A stretch of 52,538 nt of DNA, counting the filler, from Squatina squatina (taxonomy: Eukaryota): assembly GCA_031763465.1 (NCBI GenBank). It is 3 parts of 3 records of this genome, joined end to end, with 100 filler letters (N's around TTAATTAATTAA, not from the genome) between each part and the next. Parts side by side here need not be neighbours in the genome. Positions count along the whole stretch, not along the records: positions 22,410 to 37,070 come from JARFOE010000120.1; positions 37,171 to 52,538 come from JARFOE010000192.1; 1 more part is not named here. One strand, written 5' to 3'. Positions 34,881-48,819 of this stretch are shown one piece after another. Under the pieces are notes generated by a model. It was not told the DNA's origin and did not search any database. It saw nothing but the letters and a program-made list of their open reading frames with translations. How positions within the stretch are numbered: the first letter of the stretch is position 1; each line of letters begins with the position of its first letter. The position numbers were made by a program, and so were the translations under genes.

Positions 34881-37070
34881 TTCCCAATGCTCGTTTGTTC
34901 TGGGCTATTTGCAAAGGAATTTGGAATTTTATCTTGGATGGTATTGCACCAAGACAGCAATCAATGTGAGGCAGTTGGGATGCAAGGCAAATAAAAGATT
35001 CTGTTGTAGCAGATAAACACATAACAAAGTAAGTAAACATGTTTTAAGTGGTAATTTTATATAGTGAGTTAGCATAGGAGAAGCATTTTTGTTTTGACGT
35101 TTCAAGACACATGATGTATGTGGCAAGGGTTCTTTGCTAAACCCCTGGGTCTCACTACATTTACCTAGATTGGGCAGGTAACTGCACACTTGGGTTATAG
35201 ATGGCATGAGGTCCACTTACAAAAGTGGCCTGAAATGATGTACTCACGAGCTATCTAGCGTGAAAACCCCCAAAATGTAACAGTCTTCACCTATTTCCTT
35301 AGATTAAAATATATTTTGAGTGCAGCTAATGTTATGTTATCGGTAGTACTTGGGGGGGTTAGACGTGGAGCTAACAGCAATATATGTTTTCTCTTTCCAG
35401 CTTCTCCGGCTAATTTTCTCACCTTCCTTTGCAATGCTGCAGTTTCCGAGGTACCCTCCAGTACTTCATTCTCGTTGTAATTCTTCTTTTGTAAACCTAG
35501 ACAGTGTGTGTTGGCAAGCTATTGGACCATGGAGGCTTCAAAGCCAAGCCTGATCATGTTACCTGCCAACTTCTAGACATACGCTTCTGGTTAGCACCTG
35601 GCCAGTTTTTCCCTCCCTGCTCTCATAGCACTGAGGCAAATTGTCCCCTTTCCCCAATAGTGGGATGATATAGCTCAGTACAGACTGGGAATTAAATTTG
35701 AGACTTTTCTGATTCATATCCCTCAACCACGCACTGTCTTAACCAGTTGAGTGGCCAAGGAGCTCAACGTTTACATCGTAATGACTGAAGAAAAAGACAG
35801 GCCCAACCTTGGACAAATATCTCTATAATCCTTCTGTCGCTCAACACAATTAAGCAACACAAGAGCATGTAAACATTACACAAGGCTGAAGGCACCACTT
35901 GTTGACTTGCTTCACAGTTTTCTCTCCTGCCAGAAGTGTGATTGTGTCAACTCCGCTTGGCATGTGTCCAGAGTACCAGGTTTAAATCAGAACTCGCCAC
36001 GTGAGAAATCACAGGGGCAACCATTCTGCCTTCACATTGGACTTCTGATTATCAATGTCCTCAACTATCTAAAAGTCAACTTAAATTGAAAACCTCAGTT
36101 CAGTAATATTTCATGAGCATGGATGCTGAAGTTATACCTTGTACTCTACTTGTCTATAAAATACCATAATCTGCAACTTCTAAAATTTCTCCTAGTATGA
36201 AGCTATTTTTTTTAATAAAAGTCTCCAGCCTCCCCTCGCAAGCCACGCACCATTTCCAGACAAGAAAGGGTGTGTAGATGACATGCTCCCAGGCCTCTGT
36301 CAACAGCACTCAGCCAGCCATTAGGAGGTGCTCAGAAATAGCCTGAGGGTGACTCAGCGCTATATAGTGGAGGAGGTGGTCAAGGTGAGATGTTAACTTA
36401 AATACAAAAGTTGTTTGAAAAAAAAGGTTTACGAAATATATTTGAAAAATGAAATGATTTGAAAATAGAACCATAACAGCACAAAAAGAGGGACCCTGCA
36501 ACATTGAATCTTCTGTACTGCTGACCACCAACCTTTCATTCATACTAATGAGACCCTTTTGATTCACTCTCCATTGTCCACTGTATGTAGCTATTTCTAC
36601 CATCTCTATGTTGTACTGATTACTGGTGATTTACATATGTTGATGCAGTCACCATGACAACCTGGATTTGTTTACATAAAAGGAGGCAACGGAACTTTTT
36701 TTATTTCAAAGAATTGCTCGATGAGAAACAGGATGGGAGAGTTAGTCATGGGTCTGAAGAAAGTAAACAGAATCGCAAGCCAGGAGCACTCAGCCGCAGT
36801 TCAGTAGAAATCACTGAGAAAGTGTTGCCTGGAAGGTACCTATGTCAGAGATGGTAACCCCCTTCTTCAGTGTGTACAAACTTAACGTCTTAAATGAAAG
36901 TTTCACGTTGAAGCAGATGTTCCTTTTCTCCAAATCATTCCTTAACCCATTCACAGTTTTCCATACAAAAGCGAAATACTGCGGATGCTGGATTCTAGAA
37001 TACAAACAAAAATTGCTGGAAAAACTCAGCAGGTCAGGCAGCATCTGTGGAGAGAAAAACAGAGTCAACG

Positions 37071-37170
37071 NNNNNNNNNNNNNNNNNNNNNNNNNNNNNN
37101 NNNNNNNNNNNNNNTTAATTAATTAANNNNNNNNNNNNNNNNNNNNNNNNNNNNNNNNNNNNNNNNNNNN
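37071..37170. other. Artificial scaffold linker
   Basis: 44 N + TTAATTAATTAA + 44 N. Confidence 0.97.
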
Positions 37171-39977
37171 ATGAGGTAACTCATTCACCTCTAAAGCAAA
37201 GATGTAAAGATACAATAGTTGATCATTCAGGTGGTGCACTGACTTGAACTGTTGTCCACAATTCTTTTTCAGAAAGAACTTTTTGATGACGATTAGGGAC
37301 CACATGATTGCAGTGTCACTAAACCCAATAGACTGTAATTTTCAACACTGAACACTGTGAGTTACTTTGTCAAATGGTGCAAATCAAGAAAAATGATCCC
37401 TGCAAGCAGACCGTTATTGAAAGCGTGATATATGTGTTCAATGAAATTCAGTAAGAGCTGTTTGGATCGAGTAAAAGAGTGGAAATCTGACTGATGCTGG
37501 CTAACCAGGTTGGCGTCCATCAAAATACAGGTCTTTTAATGAAAACAATGCACAAAAGTATCCTGGAAAACATAGGCAGTACAGAAATTGGACAATGCCT
37601 AGTCAGGCCAGTTAACTTCCTTGAGTTATAAAGAGGGTAGACATTGATTCCTTTCTTGGCACAGACCTATTTGCAAGTAGCAGATTAATGGTTTCTGATA
37701 AAGGTAGGGCAATTGTATTGGAGGCAATTTCAGAGGTCTCCAAGTGAAATAATATCAGCAGCTCAAGGTGAGTGAGGCTTTCACTTTTCACAAATTTTTT
37801 TAAGCTATTGTAATGGTGCATGAATGTGCCTGGTTGTCTATTTTATTATGCTACTAGATCCAAGCCATGGTTTGGGATGCTTATTGTCGCTGTTAAAAAG
37901 CCATTTCTGTAGTCTCATTCACATTAATGTGCACTTCACCAGTATATTTGGATAAAACATCAGATGTCACAGTAATATCAATCCATTTAACAGGTCTAGA
38001 CCCAGAAAAGGTAAACTGTTACCAGTTTATATGTGTGAGCGAGGGGAACTCATCTCTTTATCTGTATTTCCATCCATTTTAATTTTTCTCTTCCCTTATC
38101 TAGGTAAATCCTCCCACACATCGATCCTTTAGCAGTGATATGGTCAGGTGCTCAGTGAACAGTCCTCTGCCAATGCTACTTGATAGCTATGTGCTTACAA
38201 GGGGATTCAAAGTGGCTCCAAGTGACTTGCCCTCAGATTTTCCTTTTTCTCTCAGAGCCTGTAGTTGGCATCTCCCTCAATATCTCAGCCAAGATTAGAC
38301 CTCCCTTGGTAGAGAATTGTGGATACACAACTGTATTTNNNNNNNNNNNNNNNNNNNNNNNNNNNNNNNNNNNNNNNNNNNNNNNNNNNNNNNNNNNNNN
38401 NNNNNNNNNNNNNNNNNNNNNNNNNNNNNNNNNNNNNNTTAATTTCTCATAGAAGAAAGCAATTCCATTTGTAAGCATACTTCTTCCTTCTGTTCCAAGT
38501 CGTGGACCAGAATGGCAGAAAAAGGATTGGATAATTTGTCTATTCTCCAACTAGCTATCCAATGGATTTTGTTGGAGCTTTTACAAAATTACTGTGCTGC
38601 GTTTTATAGCTTCTTCCACACGTGGCTTAAAAAGCATTTAACCTCATGTGTCAGCTGTGTTGCAGTTCGTAAATAGTGGAAAGGAGAATAGAAAGGGATG
38701 TCCAGTTGGCAGCAGCTCCCAAAATAAGTGGGGTTAAAATTCCTAAGTGGTTCTGCTGGGAGACCAGCAGAACCCGTAGAAAAACTGTAAGCAGCCATTT
38801 GTAACATTGCTCTGCATGTTCTGCCAGCCTTCTGTCCTTTACGGCAGGATACTGATAGATCTCCCACTGAATTTCAGGACCAGTATGCCCATGATGAAAA
38901 GCAGACGATTTGGGGCAAAGAATCTGAAATCGTTGAAGTGTCCGAGGCCGTCAGAGGCGTCGCGGATATAGGTGAGTAGAGATGGGACAAGGGAAGGGAA
39001 GCCTTTTGTAAGGTCATAGATATAATGATTTCCATTTTGAAATGTGTCCAGGTAAGAGAAAATTAGTTCAGTAGGACAGGAGCAAAAGGAAATGATCAGT
39101 CTACCAGGATGGACCTGTATGTATACTTTGGAGAGAAGGTTGGAACAGGCTGTGTGAGTTTGGGGAAAAATCAGGACGGAGGCGGTGAGGGGAGCTGGGG
39201 GTAATCTCCAGAAGGGATGAGATATGTAACAGTTTGGAGAACAATGGATTGACCTTCAAAAATTGTTTGTGAGTTGAGAGAAGCAGTAGGCAATCCATGA
39301 AACATGAAATCAACTATTTGGCCTGGTTGAGGTTGACAGAGATCTGAAGCTCAGCACATATTTGAATGATGGATTACAGGCTCTTAAGCATTGTTTTACT
39401 TTTTGTTTTATTTTATTTATCTGTGTTACATTCTCCCACTGTTAAGCACAGTTTGGGGGATCAGTGGTAGTCCCCATGGCAGCCCCTGTCAGATAGCTGA
39501 TGGATGTTCGATGATCATGAGCCAGCAGGGAAGGACAGGGCTGTATTTAGACAATCTAACTGGTGGGGACTATTACTTTGATCTGTGATACGCTGGGAAA
39601 AATTGAGAGGAACCAAAATAGCAAGCACTGGNNNNNNNNNNNNNNNNNNNNNNNNNNNNNNNNNNNNNNNNNNNNNNNNNNNNNNNNNNNNNNNNNNNNN
39701 NNNNNNNNNNNNNNNNNNNNNNNNNNNNNNNCAATACTTTAGTCCTCTTGTACCTAAAGAATAAACACAAAACCATTAAAAATAACTATGTAATAAAAAG
39801 AGGCCATTTTCCCCATTGAAGCCCAACCCTCAGGTATATTGAAAGTCCTCTTACAATGTTTGGCTATATCTTGAGCAAACCCTATGATTTTAGCCTTAAC
39901 TATCTTACTTGTTAAAACCATAACCTCGGCGCCTTTTCTTTTGTATTTATTTAGTTAATTTCTGGTTNNNNNNNNNN

Positions 39978-40175
39978 CGACCTTCCCTTTTGCTCTTTTG
40001 TCCCCCGTCCACCCCCCTTTCCCGGCCCCTGCACTTGCTGAAAAATCTGTTTCATCTCCAACTTTTTCCCGTTCTGGCGAAGGGTCATCGGCCTGAAACG
40101 TTAACTCTGTTTCTCTCTCCCTAGAGGTGCTGCCCATCAACCAGCTGAGTTTTTCCAGCTTTTTCTGTTTTTATT
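39978..40175 (+). mobile_element. Penelope-type short repeat with a mutated hammerhead motif (40071-40105)
   Basis: GTT-CTGGCGA-AGGGTCATCGGCCT-GAAA-CGTT-AAC followed by the family tail GCTGAGTTTTTCCAGC. Confidence 0.65.
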
Positions 40176-40789
40176 CAAAATACTTACGAGGTTTCAGGAA
40201 GAGATTCTTCCTGTTATCTGTTTAAAATTTACTTTCCAATCATTTCTGTTTTATGTCCACTGATCCTACTTTCCTGGTTTGCTTCGAAGTCATAATCTGC
40301 ATGGATGGGGAATGAGATGTCGGGACCGTGAAGCCATGCTCCTTGTTAGTACTTTCAGGAGACAGAAAAAAGCCCAAGGAAAAAACATGGTATACTAGCT
40401 GTGTTTTTTCATGAGAATCCATAGCTGATTAGCATTTGATAATATTGTAAAGATGACATTGCAATTATTAATCTAGCAGCGCACATGTTGGAGTGACTGG
40501 CTGTCTGCATCAGCAATGACAGCTGCTATTGAAAGAGAAAATGGACCCAAAACAGAATAAGTTGACCAGTATGAACTTCACAGCATATTATAAAAGATAA
40601 TAAATATCCTGGAGCAATTGCAAAGCTGTAATCTTATCTCAAGGTTCAGATGACGGTTCTAATTCACTTGAGTTTCACTNNNNNNNNNNNNNNNNNNNNN
40701 NNNNNNNNNNNNNNNNNNNNNNNNNNNNNNNNNNNNNNNNNNNNNNNNNNNNNNNNNNNNNNNNNNNNNNNNNNNNNNNTCACAGTCCG

Positions 40790-41370
40790 AGTTGATTCTA
40801 TGACAGATCTGTACACACAGTTCTGGTTTAGTTTAGTCCTGATCTGTAAAAAAAGTTCAACTAAATTCTATCATGAATTGTGCATAAAGTGCTGGATGAT
40901 TCTGGTATGGAACTGTACACACAGATCTGGATTATTCTGGTCCTGATTGATCCACACAGTTCCAGATTATTCCATCCTGATCTGTACACACAGTTTTAGA
41001 TTATTCTGGTCCTGATCAGCACAACAATGCCAGATTTCTCCAGTGCCGATCTGTAGACTAGCTTCTAGTTACTACTGATCCTCATCTGTGCACACACTTC
41101 TAGTTTGTTCTAATCCCAATCTGTACTCACAGTTCTAGTTTATTCTAGTCTTGATCTATAAACAGTGTCCTGATTATTCTACCCTGATCTGTACACACAG
41201 TTGCAGTTTAGTTTTATCCTGATCGATACAAAAAGTTCTAGTTTATTCAGATCCAGATCCATACACACAATTACAGATTATGCTAGTACTGATCTGTACA
41301 CACAGTTCTAGATTATTCTGATCCTGATTAGTAAACAAGGTTCCAGACCATTCTATCCTGACCTGTGCAT
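40790..41370. repeat. Degenerate ~35-bp minisatellite
   Basis: Unit ~GATCTGTACACACAGTTCTAGATTATTCTAGTCCT. Confidence 0.85.
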
Positions 41371-41570
41371 CGCACAAAGTGCACTGAGAGTGAAAAGCAA
41401 TAAGCTAATGAGGAAACCTTGCAAAATCTAGAGTGTTCTTTCTGAGCACTTGATGCAACGGTTGCTGTGAAAAGTGCCGCAGCGCTGGGAATGTGTCAGG
41501 AGCACAATTTTATGGCTTAAGTTGCTGTTTTGTCATGCTCATGCCCTTGGAAAATAGGAACCGGTTTTAA

Positions 41571-41807
<237 letters not shown>

Positions 41808-42089
41808 TAATGATTCAGATTTGCAACACTAATCAAACCAGAGCATTGTAAAACACGGTATAATCTGCCATAGGTGGTCTATTGGGTTCAGAAGCCTCCA
41901 TAAGTGGATCTCACGTCTTTGATGTTCTGGAGTTGACCTACATGGCCCAAGATATACTTGTATGATAGAGTAATGCTGGGGATGTAACAATGCATCCCAC
42001 TTGACATATGAACTAGATATTAGCCCAGATTTTCCAGGACATATGACCATGTACACACAGCAAGTTCTGGGTTTCCACATGCAAAAACA

Positions 42090-42225
42090 TTCCACATTTC
42101 AGGAATACCTCCCCCTCTTTGCTCTTTACCCTGTTACCGTCCCAGACTATATTAGGATAATTGAAGTCCCCCATCACTATTCTGTAGGTCTTGTGTCTTT
42201 CTGTTATTTGCCTGGTAGAGGTGTT
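42090..42225 (-). mobile_element. CR1 endonuclease fragment
   Basis: YRIVMGDFNYPNIVWD...EGEVFLKC. Confidence 0.82.
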
Positions 42226-42249
42226 CAAAATCAGGAATGGTTTTTGATA

Positions 42250-43105
42250 ATGCATGATGTTGTTAATAAGGTTGGTGAGCTACAGGCGCAAATAGCCACG
42301 TGGGAATATGATGTAGTGGTGATAACTGAGACCTGGCTCAAAAATGGGGAGAATTGGATGCTTAATATTCCTGGGTACAAGGTATTCAGAAAAGACAGGG
42401 AATGGAAAAAAAGGGGAGTGGTAGTATTTTTGATTGAAGGAAAATATTACAGTGCTAGAAAGAGAGAATGACCTTGAAGGATTAAAGACAGAATCTATTT
42501 GATTGGAGTTGAGAAACAATAAAGGAGCTATTATAATACTCGGTGTATTTTATATGCCATTAAAAATTTTGGGAAGGAGATAGGAGAAAATTTGCAAAGA
42601 AATTACTGAGAGGTGCATGAACTATAGAGTGGTGTTAATAGGAGACTTTAACTACCACAATATTGACTGAGGCAGTGATTGTGTTAAGGGCAGAGAAAGG
42701 GAGGAATTTCTGAAGTGCATTCAGGAGAATTTTCTTGATCAGTATGTTTCTTGCCCATCGAGGAAGGAGGCATTGCTGGATCTAATCCTGGGAAAAGAAG
42801 TGGGTCAAGTGAGTCCAGTGGCGAGCATCTCGGGAATAGTGATCATAGTATCATAATGTTTCGATTGGTTATGGGGAAGGACAAGAAGCAATCTAGAATA
42901 AAATTACTTAACTGGAGGAGGGCTAATTTCAGAATATTGAGGAGGGATCTGGCCCACGTAAATTGGAGTCAATGACCACTAGGCAAAAATGTAATGGAGC
43001 AATGGGCGGCTTTTAAAGAGGAGATGGTTTGGGTATAGCCTAGGTACATGCCTGCAAGGGGAAAAGGGAGGGCAACCAAAGCCAGAGCTCCCTGGATGAC
43101 AAAGG
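42250..43105 (+). mobile_element. CR1 ORF2 endonuclease region, degraded
   Basis: NKVGELQAQIATWEYDVVVITETWL..IPGYKVFRKDR..IGDFNY..EHLGNSDHSIIMF. Confidence 0.9.
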
Positions 43106-43129
43106 AGTTGGAGTTGGGAGGTGCCTCAG

Positions 43130-43380
43130 AACACCACTACTTCCACGTTCCCCTCCAAGTCACATATCATCCTGACTTGGAAGTATATTGCCGTTCCTTC
43201 ATCATCGATGGGTCAAAATCCTGGAACTCCCTCCCTAACAGCACCGTGGGAGTACCTTCACCACATGGACTGCAGTTTCAAGAAGGCGGCTCACCACCAT
43301 CTTCTCAAAGGCAATTAGGAATGGGCAATAAATGCTGGCCTTGCCAGTGATGCCCATGTCCCATAAATGAATTTTTAAAA
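43130..43380 (+). mobile_element. LINE 3' end of a different family
   Basis: SFIIDGSKSWNSLPNSTV..FKKAAHHHLLKGN* followed by GGCAATAAATGCTGGCCTTGCCAG tail. Confidence 0.7.
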
Positions 43381-46300
43381 AGTAATCAGGCATATTTACT
43401 GATGAGACACAGCTTTACAGGAAAAACTGGGGCTTCCAGATAATCAAGTATTACCAAACTAAGTCACAGCAAAACATGACAAGACTTATAAGTCAAGTTT
43501 ATTCAAGTGTTTTGTGCTTGTGGGCTGCAATTGTGCATACTATAGAGCCTCGGGACCACATTTAAATGCATTAATCTGCATGTATCTCAAGTTACTGATA
43601 CTAACAGATCTTGATGTATTTATTAACCAATGACGCAACAGCACGAAGGATAGCCCTTTCTAATACTCGAGACCCACAAAATTCAAACAGGACAAACCAG
43701 CAAATAAGAAACATTTAACTAACTCCTCACTCTCAGCAGGTAGTCGTTCTCAAACAGAGCGCAGGTACCGATTGCAGTTTCTCTCATGGAAGCATGGGAT
43801 CATGGAATTAGCCCTTACAAGTGCAAATACATCTGAGTTGCCTGTGCTGTGAGGAATAGATTGTGAGGTCTTGGGGAGAGGGCACAGTTTGGACACCCCT
43901 GCAATAAGTGACACTACTTTAGGATCTCCAAAGGTTTGAGTGTTTTGTACTTTCTAATAGTTGTGTAACCTAAAAAAAAAGGACACATGACCTTGCTTCA
44001 GCAAGTGGGATGAAATGCAATTCATAATGTTTATGGTCAAGTTCATAATTATAAATGTAATGTTAAAGGAATCATATCCCAGTTTTTCTGACATGAATCT
44101 TGAGTGTAAGGCATATTGTTCAGGAAGGTAGTTGCGCAACAGCACACTGAAGGATTTGTTCCAGCCAGAGCTAATCTATAAATGAACAAACAACTCCAAC
44201 TCCTGTCCCTCCTCTTCCTTCCCCAGACGATAGAGTTATCTAGAGAACATTTTATATTAGCACGTGGATAGGGGATGCCTAGACTACAAAGAAAACATTT
44301 ACAAGCAAATGCTGTAAGGGGGAAAAAAAACAACAAAGGGCAAAAATGAGTAAGGAGAAATAATAAAATAGAAAAGGAGAAGCTATGTTCTTTTTATACA
44401 AATGACAGGGTCATGCAAATCAAGTTGGCAGAATTAGAAGCATACATGTTGAGGGAAAAGTTCAGCGTACTAGAAATAGCACAGATCTGGTTAAACCAGG
44501 ACACTGGGGGTCATTTTAACCCCCAAAAACCAGTGGGCTGGGGTCCAGTGAGATGCAAATTTTTTTTAAATTCCAAACCNNNNNNNNNNNNNNNNNNNNN
44601 NNNNNNNNNNNNNNNNNNNNNNNNNNNNNNNNNNNNNNNNNNNNNNNNNNNNNNNNNNNNNNNNNNNNNNNNNNNNNNNCAATCAGGCTTAACAGTGAGG
44701 CCAATGCACAGGCAAAGTATGACTTGGCTTCACGACTTGTGACGTAATCCAATGAAATTTACCAGCGTCCTCGGACACAGTGTTTTTCCTGAAACTGGAA
44801 AATAAATGATACGCTTTCCATATATGTCTCACTGAAGGACAATGTCATAATGGGGTATTCCAGGTGGTAATCATTACCTGACATGTAGCAGATTTCCACC
44901 TAATCCATCTTTGTTGATGTTTTCACTTGCCGTTAGACCCTGTCATGATTCTAAAGCAAATCTCTGCACATTCCACGCAATGGCATTAGCCCAGCAATCT
45001 CTCACAGGGGCAGAAATATTCTTATTATCTCATCTGCTGGGACCCATTTCACGTTTTCCCATCATGCCACACTACAGATGGGATTAGGTACATCAGAGTG
45101 ATTACCCTGCTGTCTGCCATCCCTCCTGCTATCTGCACCAGCAGTGTTTACCTGCTGCTGTGTGTTTATTAGATTACCTGTCAGCTCACAGGCACATCTG
45201 CCTCTGATGTCTAGTTAATGTTAGAAATAATGCAGGGCTACACAAGATTAATACTTTTTGAAATTGTGGCATTCTCAGTTTTACAAGGCTAATTCTCCAC
45301 CCTGCCCTTGCCCCTCACCCACCCACACCCCAGCACCTCGCCCCCTTGATTGTCGACCTTTCCCTTCTCCCGATAACCAGAATCATCCCAAAGGGTCCCC
45401 AGCTGGGGCCTCATTCCTCTGCCAGTCTGTCCATTTGTCAAGCTGCCGGACGGGAGACAGTGCTACAAAATGTTAATGAGGTACTTCTGTTAAGATCGTC
45501 AGGACCTCCACGGATTCTTCGGATGTTTTCGGCCTCACCCATACTCTCCCCGCTCATAACGGGGCCTATCATTCTGATTTAATCTCCATTTTTCGCATTC
45601 TCATTCGGTCGTTCTCTGTCTATGTGTCTACCTCAGTCTCTGTTATTCTGCATTTCTCTATGCCTGCCATTTTCTCTAACTCAGTCTCTGTAATCCTCTG
45701 CCTCTATCACTTATTTCATTCTTCAAGTAATTCTAAATGTACCACTGTAAAAATTACACCCTGTTAGTTTTTTGACCTCATAATACAGCCAATAGATAAC
45801 TGGACGTAGCTGCAGCTTAAAATCATGTCACTTTTATGTCAAATTGCTCTTTCATTAATAAAAACATCTTTGCGTTTGTCATACATAAGGCCATTAGGTT
45901 TCAATTTTCACAGAACCTAATGAATTTCAGATTGTGATCCCAAACCAGTAGTAAAAGTTCTGAATTTGTTATGTAATGGAAATAGGTTTTGACTTTATGT
46001 AATGTATCAGGAACAAGGTTGTNNNNNNNNNNNNNNNNNNNNNNNNNNNNNNNNNNNNNNNNNNNNNNNNNNNNNNNNNNNNNNNNNNNNNNNNNNNNNN
46101 NNNNNNNNNNNNNNNNNNNNNNGCTCCTGTGAAGCACTTTGGGATGTTTTAGTATGTTAAAGGCACTACATAAATGCTAACTGCTGTTGTTTTTGTAGTG
46201 TTAGGCCAAAACTGTCTTTTTAAAGACTCCATTCTAATTTCTATGCACTCCAGTAGACTGCACCTGCTTTACACAAGGTTTTAGCCAATTTACTCCAAGC

Positions 46301-47456
46301 GATATGCAAATGAGCCAATTCAGGAAACCCTCACGTTTTCTCTGGAGACCACAGGCACTGCACAAATCTTTTTTCTTTGGCGTAACAGTGGTGTAACTCA
46401 CCACGAGCAAATTCCCCACCCATGTGTGCAACAAGTGCGATTGGGTGAGTGTGCACATGCATTTTCCCTATGATCATTGCATGATTAGTTGCACCTATGT
46501 GCTTCTGTGACCGAAAAGGGGACAGACCCACCATTCAAGGGGCTGTCTGACCACAGGACAACATAGTTTCAGCATGACATCCTCCAACGTATACTCTACT
46601 GGTTCAGCAGTGCAGCTCAACATTCTATTTGCTTTGCTGATTTTTGCTCCAGTCAGTAATGTATTGTTTCGTGCGAGTCCTGCTGTTTCAAGAATGGTTA
46701 TCCCCTCTTGTGTGCTGTAGTATCTGTCACATTTAGAGTAGCTTTTCCTTGTCTGGAATTGCTCCCATTCAATTTACAATCGGTGTGTTTTACTCTCCAT
46801 TTCACCTAATAGGTATCACTTCAGATAATATTGCATCCGATAAATGTTCCTATTATTCCCAAAAGAACCACTTCACTGTTTGTACAATAACCAGCAAACT
46901 TATATTCCTTCTAAGCCTTCCATTGCCCTCTTCAGCAGTTATTTTGAATCTTGTCCAGAAGCTTTACATAGTATTAACTATCCATCTGAGTTTTTATTTG
47001 AATTGAGTCCCCATTATTAAGCAGAATGTTATAAAGTTGTTGTGGAGTATAATTAACAGACTCCTTGCATAGTGTGGATTTGATTATTTCTCAAATATTC
47101 ACAGTGCAAACATGCCTTGTGGACAATTTGCAGAATGTCACTTTTACTTAAGAGTATTTCAATAGTGAAGTGTACAAAGACATGGAATTAATTCAGCTTA
47201 CTGTATGCAAGGTAGATTTTGTAATTTAGTAAGTACTTTAAAGCAATGTTCATTTCAGTTTTTGTGTGGCTATAAAATATCAATAGAATGCAGTGAGCTC
47301 CTTTTATTTCTATAGCCAGTCTGGCTGCTAAATTTATGACATTAAACAGTCAGTGGNNNNNNNNNNNNNNNNNNNNNNNNNNNNNNNNNNNNNNNNNNNN
47401 NNNNNNNNNNNNNNNNNNNNNNNNNNNNNNNNNNNNNNNNNNNNNNNNNNNNNNNN

Positions 47457-47650
47457 ATGACAATCCCACCATCCCAGGAATCAGTCTGGTGAACCTTCGT
47501 TGCATTCCCTCTATGGCAAGTATATTCTTCCTTAGGTAAGGAAACCAAAATTGTACACAATACTCCTCTCCAGTTGCGGTCTCACCACAGCCCGATATAA
47601 TTACAGTAAGACATCTTTACTCCTGTTCTCAAATCCTCTTGTAATAAAGG
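47457..47650 (-). mobile_element. CR1 LINE fragment
   Basis: Reverse complement encodes YCVQFWFPYLRKNILAIEGMQRRFTRLIPGM. Confidence 0.85.
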
Positions 47651-48439
47651 TGCAAGTCTTTCTTTTCTCTTCACCTCTGAAGGCAGAAGCATCAACTTCC
47701 ATCACATTTGTCTGGCAGTGTTGATGCGAAATTGAGGGGCAGCCGCAGCACTGAAAGCTAAATACACGATTAGGCCAATATTATAAAATGAGAGCAGCTA
47801 CTACTGAATCACCAATACCTATTAAACAGTGGCACGGGTTGACTAGAAGCAGCTGGCACATTCAGCGAGGCACAGTACTGTATATGGTACCAGATGTTTC
47901 AGTGTATACTGGCTTCAAATGAGGCACCAGCTGAAAGGCCATCACCACAGTGCTAAATGTCGCCTCACAATTGTTTCGAATGGCAGGTATTGCTGGTGCC
48001 TCCCGTGTGGTTGTGACCTGATTAGCCATGCAGTGTCAGCTCTGGAAACATAGCTTCGGTAAGGAATCTGCAGGTAATTTTAATTACCACAGTAGTGAGC
48101 GCCGCACAGTTTGTCATTTTCTGTCTCGTGCTCTGACATCTGGACTGATTACTCACATGATGGTTAATTTGTGGCTGATCGCACTCTGTCTCCTAATAAA
48201 CTTCTCATCAGGTGGCTAGAGCTGTCACTTCACCTCGGCTGTAAGCACTGCCTTGCTGAGCTGCCAGCTCGATGCAGAAAAGGGGGCCTGCCACACGTCA
48301 GTCACGCCATGTATGATAACGCAGGGGAACCTCCGAAGACAGTCATTCAATAATCCACCTTCACAATTCATTAGGTTATATCTTTTAAAAGGGAATGATT
48401 GCTGGGAGGATTCATTAATAATTAATTGCCTTTGAAATT

Positions 48440-48611
48440 AACTCATGTAAGTAAATGTGCAGCCAATTTCCACATAGAAAGATTGCCAGAACAGCAAACA
48501 AGATAAATGACCAGGTAATCTACTTTGGTGATTCTGTTTTGAGGAAAGAATGTTGGCCAGGACATTGGGGGAAATTCCCCAATTCTCTTCAAATAGTGCC
48601 ATTAAATATTT
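48440..48611 (-). mobile_element. Deu-type SINE fragment
   Basis: Reverse complement matches 22780-22930. Confidence 0.72.
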
Positions 48612-48819
48612 NNNNNNNNNNNNNNNNNNNNNNNNNNNNNNNNNNNNNNNNNNNNNNNNNNNNNNNNNNNNNNNNNNNNNNNNNNNNNNNNNNNNNNNNN
48701 NNNNNNNNNNNAGATGCTGCCTGACCTGCTGAGTGTTTGCAGCATTTTCTGTTTTTATTTCAGATTCCAGCATCCACATTATTTTGCTTTTGTAAGATAA
48801 CCACTATGCTACCATTCCC

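Noticed and set aside
38878-38971. Exon-like segment ending in ATAG/GTGAGT as an upstream STYXL2 exon
   Set aside because: No match to the STYXL2 N-terminus as I recall it; the apparent acceptor coincides with the end of a MITE-like repeat (38730-38881)
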